Below, piece after piece: positions 1 through 7,085 of a stretch of 15,813 bases of DNA. The stretch's first letter is position 1. Each line of letters starts with the position of its first letter. Position numbers and translations under genes: made by a program. The stretch is from Dehalococcoidia bacterium (GTDB taxonomy: Bacteria > Chloroflexota > Dehalococcoidia > Lucifugimonadales > UBA3495). Below the pieces are notes generated by a model, which ran no database searches, had not been told where the DNA came from, and worked only from the letters and a program-made list of their open reading frames with translations. The stretch covers positions 1-15,813 of the forward strand of contig JASLXV010000049.1 in the NCBI GenBank assembly GCA_030740155.1. The letters are read 5' to 3'.

Positions 1-122
1 AGCGCAGAAAGGAGGTGAAGGCTCAAACGATCGATAGGCGAAGACTTCATAACCGGACCCTCAGGCAGCTCACCCAAGCTCTTCCACACCTCTGATCTCT
101 CGGGTCCCAAACTGTCCCATTT
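1..122. mobile_element. Possible end of an inserted element or rearrangement junction interrupting the ThiF/E1-like gene
   Basis: ThiF-like sequence stops abruptly at about 123. Bases 1-120 are about 55% GC by hand count, visibly lower than the adjacent gene. A tandem GTCCCA repeat with 10-bp period (104-109, 114-119) sits beside the junction. No transposase or integrase gene is visible in the window. Confidence 0.3.
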
Positions 123-565
123 GTGCTGGTTGCCAACAGTCGAGTGTCGAAGACGCCCTTGAGCCGGCTGAACACGTCAGTCTCCAGCCGGACCACCTCG
201 GTCTCGCAGGCTTCCGGAGGGGCCGATTGGGAGGGGAAGAAAAACGCTCTCAGGGACGGCGTCTCCGGGCCGGCCACCGCAAGCACCAGGAGATGGCTGG
301 TTCCCGGAGCGGCGAGGCCAACGGGATAGATAGGGACCCGGCCGGGGCCCACTAGGAAAGCGAAGCACCGCAGGTCCGCGCCGGTCTCGCCGGTTCCGGA
401 CAATGTATACGCCGGCCCTCCCTCCGGAACGCGAACGACGATGAGTTCCTCTTCCGCGTCGAGGGTTGCGGTCAGCTCCAGCAGAGGTGTGGCGTCAGAC
501 GGCGGCCGGGCCCCGGCTAGTTGAAACAGCTTCTGTTCCGCCCCTTCGTCCAGAACTACAAACAT
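47..565 (-). pseudogene. Truncated ThiF/E1-like (ubiquitin-activating enzyme family) protein, N-terminal fragment, possibly with a degenerate JAB/MPN-like N-terminal domain
   Basis: The segment EVVRLETDVFSRLKGVFDTRLLATST resembles the 'FSR..G......L' element that precedes the GxGxxG Rossmann motif in ThiF/MoeB/E1 proteins. No GxGxxG follows in any of the three minus-strand frames before the window edge. The ORF lies directly downstream of an E2-like gene. Confidence 0.6.
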
Positions 566-664
566 CGGTCGGCTTTCATCACGCCTGGTAGCGCAGTAAC
601 TCGGCTCAATTCGATGCGCGTGGCCTCCAGCGTGTTGGGGACCCAGCGCCGGGCCACCGGAGGA

Positions 665-1768
665 TCAGTAGCTGGTGGTGATTACGAGGTCATCGTGCTC
701 CGGGCGGGGCCAGTGGCCCGTTTCGAGCCACACCTCGTAGCAATGGAGCCAAAGGGAGACCCACGACATCACCGTGGCGGCGGTTGTCTTCGGTCCCCAA
801 GACCGGTCATCCTTATGAAAGAGGCAGAGGTGGCCATCGGGGTAGATGTGACGGCTCTGTTCAATCTTCGGCTTCATCACGTAGACCTTGGGCGGCCTAT
901 ACGGAAAGGAGTCGGGATAGCGGAGGTGCACTTCGTACTCGTGGCCGGCCCAGGTAGTTACAATGCCCTGCCAGAAGCAGTCGCCGTCGGGGGCGGAGCC
1001 CATCTGGAAACTCGGGTAGAAGCGCCGCATTACCTGCTGCTCTTGCTCCAGCAGCCGCGCCTTCACCCGGTACCATTGTTTCGGCCGGGCATACCAGGTG
1101 TTTTCCTTGATGGTGGCCACGGGCTTGCCGTCCTTGGTCCGGAGCACGCCGTCCTTGAGTTCGACATCGTCCAGGCCCAGGACGGTGCCATCCATGGAGA
1201 CGCCAACCTCATCACGCTCGATGGCCTCAACGACTCCGGCCCACTCCGCGCTGCATTCGGAGCACCTCTGTTGCTGGTCCGGGTCCCGGTGGTCGTCGCC
1301 AACGATTCGCCGGCATTTCTGGCAGGTAAACGTCTGGCTCGCGGGCAGCCGGTCGTGGCATAGGGAGCAAAGGACCTTCCGCCCTTCGGTGCACTTGGCG
1401 CACTTTCGCAGGTCCTGGTCGTAGTGCTGGGCGCACAGTGGCGTCAGGCCGCAATTGGGGCAGCGAAAATTGCGGTCCTCATACACCTGTTCGCCACCGA
1501 ACGCGCAGTACATCAACCGCATCTGCTGCTGGATGATCACGTCGCGGCCCGCCACGTTGCCTTCCCCAACGCCCTGAACTTTAACGTTGCCGGGGCCGCT
1601 GGAGGCCGGGCCGGCCCCTGAGACCGGCGCCGGCGTTTCCGGCTCCCCGTCGTCGGACGCTGGTTCGGCCACTGCGAGGCCCTGATCCAACGGCTTCCCG
1701 CAATCGCCGCAGAACCCCTGCCCCGGTTCCGGGTTGTACTCCGTTTGGCAATGAGGACATTGGGCCAT
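665..1768 (-). CDS. Multidomain prokaryotic E2 (ubiquitin-conjugating/UBC fold) protein with N-terminal zinc ribbon and two tandem Cys/His zinc fingers
   Basis: C-terminal WQG...YEVHLRYPDSFPYRPPKVYV...HIYPDGHLCL...W matches the UBC signature (P.xP..PP.V; H....G.ICL); the catalytic Cys codon is at 824-826. The N-terminus has CPHC..CGDC plus two Cys/His clusters. Start placed at ATG 1768 because of the SD-like AAGAGGTG at 1777-1784; the ORF track extends to 1819. Confidence 0.8.
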   Translation of the reverse strand: MAQCPHCQTEYNPEPGQGFCGDCGKPLDQGLAVAEPASDDGEPETPAPVSGAGPASSGPGNVKVQGVGEGNVAGRDVIIQQQMRLMYCAFGGEQVYEDRNFRCPNCGLTPLCAQHYDQDLRKCAKCTEGRKVLCSLCHDRLPASQTFTCQKCRRIVGDDHRDPDQQQRCSECSAEWAGVVEAIERDEVGVSMDGTVLGLDDVELKDGVLRTKDGKPVATIKENTWYARPKQWYRVKARLLEQEQQVMRRFYPSFQMGSAPDGDCFWQGIVTTWAGHEYEVHLRYPDSFPYRPPKVYVMKPKIEQSRHIYPDGHLCLFHKDDRSWGPKTTAATVMSWVSLWLHCYEVWLETGHWPRPEHDDLVITTSY

Positions 1769-2054
1769 CGTAACCGCACCTCTTATGGTACTACGCAGAT
1801 ATTCTACATCATTCGCCACTTATGAAGTAGCCCGTGCGTTCGTCCCGGATACGGGCGGCTTTAACGCGGCGTCGCGAGCCGGTTGACTCGATTGGGAAGA
1901 GAAGTAGCCCGGGTCCCTTGCCGGCGATGGCGGCACATGATTATGTCAACGAGTCCCGGCGGCGCCCTACCGGCTACGACAAGGGGATGTAGCGCCCCAG
2001 ACACCGGTCCCGTGGCTCCGCGGCTTAGTCCTGAGCCTCTCCAGCGTAGCATCG

Positions 2055-2079
2055 GCAAAGGGGCCAACTTTGCTACAAT
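2055..2079 (+). promoter_or_regulatory. Putative extended -10 promoter with overlapping inverted repeat (operator candidate)
   Basis: TG-C-TACAAT at 2071-2079, 37 nt upstream of ATG 2117. GCAAAG-N7-CTTTGC inverted repeat at 2055-2073. Confidence 0.45.
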
Positions 2080-2116
2080 ACCAGCATACGGAGCCAACCC
2101 GGCGACGAGGCAACCG

Positions 2117-3322
2117 ATGGACAAGAACCCCGAAGCAGTGGTGATCGGCGGAGGGATCGTGGGCGCGAGCATCGCCCATTACCTGGCCCTCAAAGGCCTC
2201 AAGAACACCGCGTTACTGGAAAAGGAAGCCCTGGCCAGCGGCGCCACCGGCGTGGCTACCGCCCTGGTCCGGATGCACTACACCAACCCTTGGGACTCCC
2301 AGCTGGCGCTCCGGAGCTGGGAGGTCTTCGACAACTGGGATGAGTTGATCGGCGGAAGCTGCGGTTTTAACAAGACGGGGTTTATCTTCACCGTGGGCCA
2401 CCGGGAGACGGAGAAGCTGCAGAAGAACGTCGACATCATGCGCGATGTCTCCGGCATCAACACCCGCGTCCTGTCCGCGGCGGAGCTGAAGGAGATGCTC
2501 CCCCTCTGGAACTTCGATGACATCGGCGCGGCAGCCTACGAGCCCGATAGCGGATACGCCGACCCTTATTCGGCAACCACCAGCCTGGCGGGCCGGGCCC
2601 GGGAGTTGGGTGTCTCCATCTTGCTTGGCGTGCGGGCCACCGCCATACGCACTGAGGGGGGCCGGGTAACGGGGGTGGAAACGTCCACGGGCTTCATCTC
2701 GACGCCCACCGTGGTGCTGGCCGCCGGAGCCTGGTCCACTCCCCTGGCGCGGACCGCCGGCCTGGAGCTGCCCGTCACCGGGATGCTGCTCTCCGCGGGC
2801 ATTCTGGAGCGTCCCGCGGGGCTGGAAGAGTCACACCTGGCCTGCATCGACGCCTCCCAGGGAATCTATTTCCGGCCCGACACCGGGAAGCTGACCATTG
2901 CCGGCCTCAGCAGCGTGGTCGACCGGCGGGAGTCCCCCAAGGACCTGGACCCGGACCGTTTCACCACTGAACCCCCGCTGGACTGGACGGTGCGAACCGG
3001 GACCCGGATGGCCAACCGCATTCCCGGCATGATCGACGCCGGCTGGCAAAGGGCCTGGAGCGGGGTTGACGGCAACACGCCGGACGGCCACGCCATTCTG
3101 GACCGGGCCCCCGGGGTGGAAGGGCTGTATCTGGCCGTGGGAATGAGCGGCACCGGGTTCAAGACAGCGCCCGCCGTCGGCATTTGCATGGCGGAGCTGA
3201 TAACCGAAGGAGCCGCCCGTACGGTGGACATCGTCCCCTTCAGCCTCAGCCGCTTCAGCGAGGGCCGGCTTCTGGTCGGCCAGCACGAGTACAACCATTA
3301 CTTCGCTGAGACCGGGCCGTGA
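2117..3322 (+). CDS. FAD-dependent oxidoreductase, DAO / sarcosine oxidase beta / glycine oxidase family
   Basis: N-terminal VVIGGGIVG..IA..LA dinucleotide-binding motif, LEKE..ASGATG, VVLAAGAWS, TPDG.AIL, G.SG.GFK.APAVG. Start placed at ATG 2117 (GAGG upstream) rather than 1883. Confidence 0.92.
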   Translation: MDKNPEAVVIGGGIVGASIAHYLALKGLKNTALLEKEALASGATGVATALVRMHYTNPWDSQLALRSWEVFDNWDELIGGSCGFNKTGFIFTVGHRETEKLQKNVDIMRDVSGINTRVLSAAELKEMLPLWNFDDIGAAAYEPDSGYADPYSATTSLAGRARELGVSILLGVRATAIRTEGGRVTGVETSTGFISTPTVVLAAGAWSTPLARTAGLELPVTGMLLSAGILERPAGLEESHLACIDASQGIYFRPDTGKLTIAGLSSVVDRRESPKDLDPDRFTTEPPLDWTVRTGTRMANRIPGMIDAGWQRAWSGVDGNTPDGHAILDRAPGVEGLYLAVGMSGTGFKTAPAVGICMAELITEGAARTVDIVPFSLSRFSEGRLLVGQHEYNHYFAETGP

Positions 3323-3326
3323 CGCC

Positions 3327-3362
3327 GGGCGGGGCGACCCGCCCCCGGGAGGTTTTACCTCC
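3327..3362 (+). terminator. Possible terminator or stabilising hairpins after the DAO gene
   Basis: GGGCGGG-GCGA-CCCGCCC (GNRA loop) at 3327-3344, then GGAGGT-TTT-ACCTCC at 3348-3362. There is no clean U-tract. Confidence 0.3.
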
Positions 3363-3551
3363 ACCGCCTCTTCGCGGCTTCCCAACGCTCGCCACAGTGC
3401 CACGCGGCCCCCGGCGGCCGGGGTTTCTACCCGGCCCGCCACCAGATAAGGGAGCGTTCACCGGGGGCTTGCAGTGTTTCCCGGCCCAAGGTATCCATGG
3501 GCCAATCCCCATCTGGCTTTTGACAGCTTCCGCGCACCGTTTTTCACCGCT

Positions 3552-3580
3552 TTGACAGGAGTTAGTCATTCGTAGACAAT
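3552..3580 (+). promoter_or_regulatory. Putative sigma70-type promoter of the catabolic operon
   Basis: Perfect TTGACA (3552-3557), 17-nt spacer, GACAAT (3575-3580), in an AT-richer patch about 120 nt upstream of the LeuC-like start. Confidence 0.55.
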
Positions 3581-3701
3581 ATCGAATATGTGGCTGGGCG
3601 GTGGCCGGGCGGCGGGCCGTCACTCCGGCCACGGTCCAGCGCAGCTAGCCGGGCCCCGTGGCGGCTTTTCGCCAGCTTTTCGTTTGAAGGGAGGACCAAT
3701 C

Positions 3702-4979
3702 GTGGGCCAGACAATGGCGGAGAAGCTCTTTTCCCGGAAAAACCTGGCAGGCTCCCCGGTGAAAGCGGGGGAGATCATCGAGGCCAAACTCGACGGTCTC
3801 ATGTTCCATTACGGCCTCTTCAGGGCCACCCAGCAAGCTATCGAGGCCGGCTTCACCGAGGGCCTGCCCCGGGTGTGGGACCAAGACCGGGTCTTTGTCC
3901 TGGTGGACCACCACCAACCGGCGCCCACCCAGGCCCTGGCCGACCGCAACCAGGTATTGCGGCGCCAGGTAGAGCGGCTGGGCATCAAGACCTTCCACGA
4001 CGCCGAGCCGGGCATCGCCCATCAAATGATGCCGGACTACGGGCTGGTGCGGCCGGGAGAGCTGGTCCCCGGCACCGACTCCCACGCCGTCGCCTACGGC
4101 GCCCTCAACGCCGGGGGGACCGGAATCTCCGGCATCGAAGCAGTATATGCGGCAATCTTCGGCGAACTCTGGTTCCAGGTGCCCAAGACCGTCAAGGTGG
4201 TCCTGGAGGGGCATCAGCCCAGCTACCCTATAGCCAAGGATATTATCCTGAGTCTGGCGGGCCAGTACGGCGACGATTTCGCCGGCAGTTTGTCCATCGA
4301 GTACACCGGCTCCCTGGTTCCTCAGCTCACCATGGACAGCCGGATGTGCCTTTCGACCCACGGCGTGGAAGTGGGGGCCAAATTCGCCCTGTTCCCGGCG
4401 GACGAAAGGACCCACGAGTACATTCGGCGCAAGACGGATAAACCGTATGAGCCGCTGGTCGCCGACCCGGACGCCGAATACGAGCGGGAGCTCGTCCTCA
4501 ACGTGGACGAGATGCCTTTCGTGGTGGCCAAGCCCCACCAGTTCGGCAACGTGGCGCCCGTGGAGGAGGCGGCCGGGACCAAAGTAAACCAGGCGCAGAT
4601 CGGCTCGTGCGCCAACGGCCGCTTCGAGGACATCGAGATCGCCGCCCGGATGCTGCGGGGGCGCAAGGTAGCCAAAGGGGTCCGATTCATCGTGTCACCG
4701 GCTTCCCAGGGGGTCTACCTGCAATGCCTCGAGGCCGGGCTGGTTCGGACCATCGTCGAGGCCGGCGGCCAGTTCGCGGGCCCCGGATGCAGCATATGCC
4801 AGCCGATGCTGGGATTCATTTCCGAAGGCGAAGTCTGCATCACCGCCACCACGCGGAACTTCAAGGGGCGCAAGGGCAGCCTGAACGCCGACATCTACCT
4901 GGCCGGCCCGCTGACAGTCACGGCGGCAGCCGTGGCGGGGGAGATCGTAAATCCCAAGGAGGTGTTCCATGACCTCTAA
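3702..4979 (+). CDS. Aconitase-family hydro-lyase large subunit (LeuC / homoaconitase-like, 4Fe-4S)
   Basis: MGQTMAEK start (GTG 3702, GGAGG at 3690-3694), DHH, GI.H, GTDSH, IGSCANGR.EDI, CSIC, TRNF.GR.G. All three Fe-S Cys ligands are present. Confidence 0.93.
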   Translation: MGQTMAEKLFSRKNLAGSPVKAGEIIEAKLDGLMFHYGLFRATQQAIEAGFTEGLPRVWDQDRVFVLVDHHQPAPTQALADRNQVLRRQVERLGIKTFHDAEPGIAHQMMPDYGLVRPGELVPGTDSHAVAYGALNAGGTGISGIEAVYAAIFGELWFQVPKTVKVVLEGHQPSYPIAKDIILSLAGQYGDDFAGSLSIEYTGSLVPQLTMDSRMCLSTHGVEVGAKFALFPADERTHEYIRRKTDKPYEPLVADPDAEYERELVLNVDEMPFVVAKPHQFGNVAPVEEAAGTKVNQAQIGSCANGRFEDIEIAARMLRGRKVAKGVRFIVSPASQGVYLQCLEAGLVRTIVEAGGQFAGPGCSICQPMLGFISEGEVCITATTRNFKGRKGSLNADIYLAGPLTVTAAAVAGEIVNPKEVFHDL

Positions 4980-5475
4980 TATCAACCGAGTGATGCGAGG
5001 CCGGGCTTGGACCTTCGGCGACTCCGTCGAAACCGACATCATCTACCCTTTCTATCTGTACCCTTCGATGGAAGAAGTGAAGAAGCACACCATGGAGGCC
5101 CTGCGGCCCGAGTTCGCCAAAGAGGTCCAGGAAGGGGACATCGTGGTGGCGGGGCGGAACTTCGGCTGTGGCTCCTCACGGCCGGCCACAGTGCTCCGGG
5201 AAGTCGGCGTCGCCGCTATCATCGCCGAGTCGACATCCCGGTTGCTGCTCCGCAACAATGTGGCTCAGGCCATCCCAACCTTCGTCGCGCCGGGGATCAC
5301 CGGCATCGTCGAAAACGGGGACGAGCTTGAGATCGACTACCCTAATGGCATCGCCCGGAATCCCAGGACCGGCGCGCAGGTTGCGCTGACCAAGTATCCT
5401 CCACTGATAGAGCAGATTTACGAGGCCGGGGGCATGCTGGAATACGCCCGCCGCCGTTTCATCGCCGAGACGTAG
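4969..5475 (+). CDS. Aconitase-family hydro-lyase small (swivel) subunit (LeuD-like)
   Basis: GRAW.FGD.V.TD.I.P, V..GDI.VAGRNFGCGSSR, IAES..R, GG.L. Overlaps the large-subunit gene by 11 nt. Confidence 0.92.
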   Translation: MTSNINRVMRGRAWTFGDSVETDIIYPFYLYPSMEEVKKHTMEALRPEFAKEVQEGDIVVAGRNFGCGSSRPATVLREVGVAAIIAESTSRLLLRNNVAQAIPTFVAPGITGIVENGDELEIDYPNGIARNPRTGAQVALTKYPPLIEQIYEAGGMLEYARRRFIAET

Positions 5476-5543
5476 CCGTAATCGGCGGACTCGAATCCAG
5501 AGTTCTCCACCAAAGTTCTCGAAACGAGGAAGGAGCTTTTTGT

Positions 5544-7004
5544 ATGGACAAAGAGGTCAGCTGCGGAGTGGTGGTAGCCGGCGCCGGAAACGCCGCCCTG
5601 AGCGCGGCGGTATCGGCCGCCGAAGCGGGCGCCAAGGTGGTCGTGCTAGAAAAAGCTCCCGAGGCTCTGCGGGGCGGCAACACCTACTTCACCGGCGATT
5701 TCCGGTTCCCCTGGGCCTCGGTTGAAGACCTGGCGCCCCTGGTGCCGGACTTTTCCGATGCCGAGGCCAAGGGCATGAGGGATGCGTCCACCCCCTACTC
5801 TCAAGCCGACTTCTACGACGACGTGATGCGGGTGACCGAGGGCCGCTCCGACCCCGAGTTGTTGGAGCTGCTGGTGAGCCAGGCGTTCCCCACCATGCAG
5901 TGGATGGCGGCCATGGGGCATACCTGGGTACCAAGCTACGCCAACCCCACGGCCAGCATGCCGGTGGCCCTCAACGGCGGCGGCGCGACTCTCTCCGACC
6001 ACTGGTTCGACGTGGCCGCCCGCAAGGGTGTGGAGATACTCTACGACCACCAGGCTATCGAGTTGCTCCCGGACTCCGCGGGTGAGATCAGCGGCGTCCG
6101 CGTCCAAACCCCGGAGGGGTACACCACATTCCACGCCAAGGCGGTGATCCTTGGCTGCGGCGGATTCGAGTCCAACGCGGCCATGCGTTGCAGCTACCTC
6201 GGGACGGGCTGGGACATGGTCAAAGTCCGCGGCGTACCCTTCAACACCGGCGACGGCTTGCGCATGGCCATGGACATCGGGGCCTGGCCCCACGGCCACT
6301 GGGGCGGTTGTCACGCCTCTCCCCAGGACTTGGCCCTTCCCGAGTACAGCCTGCGCTCCGGCATCCCTTCCTCGGACTACGCCCGCTACGCCTACCCCTT
6401 CAGCGTGATGGTGAACCTCCAGGGTCAGCGGTTCGTGGACGAGGGCTCGGACTCTCGGACCTACACCTACGCCAAGACCGGCCGGGCCATCATGGCCCAG
6501 CCCCAGGCCGTGGCCTTCCAGATATTCGACCGGAAGTGCGAAAGCCTCCTGGGAGACTACCAGCGGGCCAGCGGTGGCTGGGCCAAGACGCTGCCGGAGC
6601 TGGCCAACATGCTGGGGGTAGATCCGGAAGGATTGGTGCGCACCATCGAGGAGTACAACGCCACGGTGCAGCCGGGGGACTTCAATCCGATGCGGAAGGA
6701 CGGCAATCATACGCTGGGCCTCGATATCCCCAAGTCCAACTGGGCCCAGACCATTGATGAGCCGCCGTTCTACGGCTGCGCCGTCGTATGCGGCATCACT
6801 TTCACCTACGGGGGAGTGCGCATCAACACCAAGACCCAAGTCTTGCACACCACGAACCGGCCGATCCCCGGGCTGTACGCCTGCGGAGAGATGGTGGGCG
6901 GTATATTTTATGTCGGGTACGCCGGCGGATCGGGCATGACCCAGGGCTCTGCCTTCGGGCGCATCGCCGGCAACGAGGCCGCCCACCGGTCCCTGGGCGA
7001 GTAA
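5544..7004 (+). CDS. tcuA: FAD-dependent tricarballylate dehydrogenase TcuA-like flavoprotein (FAD_binding_2)
   Basis: GAGNAALSAA..A.E.GA.V.VLEKAP...RGGN, GGFESN..MR..YLG.GWD..KVRG..FNTGDG, GHW.GCHA, RFVDEG......TYAK.G, GITFTYGG, GLYACGE.VGG.FY..Y.GGSG. SD AGGAG at 5531-5535. Confidence 0.85.
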   Translation: MDKEVSCGVVVAGAGNAALSAAVSAAEAGAKVVVLEKAPEALRGGNTYFTGDFRFPWASVEDLAPLVPDFSDAEAKGMRDASTPYSQADFYDDVMRVTEGRSDPELLELLVSQAFPTMQWMAAMGHTWVPSYANPTASMPVALNGGGATLSDHWFDVAARKGVEILYDHQAIELLPDSAGEISGVRVQTPEGYTTFHAKAVILGCGGFESNAAMRCSYLGTGWDMVKVRGVPFNTGDGLRMAMDIGAWPHGHWGGCHASPQDLALPEYSLRSGIPSSDYARYAYPFSVMVNLQGQRFVDEGSDSRTYTYAKTGRAIMAQPQAVAFQIFDRKCESLLGDYQRASGGWAKTLPELANMLGVDPEGLVRTIEEYNATVQPGDFNPMRKDGNHTLGLDIPKSNWAQTIDEPPFYGCAVVCGITFTYGGVRINTKTQVLHTTNRPIPGLYACGEMVGGIFYVGYAGGSGMTQGSAFGRIAGNEAAHRSLGE

Positions 7005-7085
7005 AGCCGGCCCGGAACCCCCATCCAGCACTGCTCGCTTCCAAACGCGGGGCCGCCGCCACGCAGGTGAGTAGGAGGAAACGAT

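Noticed and set aside
6..18. AGAAAGGAGGTGA, the reverse complement of the 16S rRNA 3' end (TCACCTCCTTTCT)
   Set aside because: The adjoining 16S sequence (GCGGCTGGA and helix 45) is absent, so this is not rRNA. As an SD it has no suitably spaced start codon.
566..667. The E2 gene's TGA is in frame with the E1-like ORF through 33 sense codons, suggesting readthrough or selenocysteine fusion
   Set aside because: This is easily explained by chance in GC-rich DNA. The linker translation is not domain-like and no SECIS-like element was recognised.
521..1363. 280-aa plus-strand ORF
   Set aside because: Antisense shadow of the E2 gene with no recognisable motifs.
1983..1995. GGGGATGTAGCGC resembles a tRNA 5' end
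   Set aside because: No D-loop, anticodon arm or TTCGA T-loop follows.
1883..2116. N-terminal extension of the DAO ORF in the ORF track (similarly 3588-3701 and 10389-10664)
   Set aside because: Family homology and SD sequences point to the later starts, and the extensions cover promoter-like DNA or overlap another gene.
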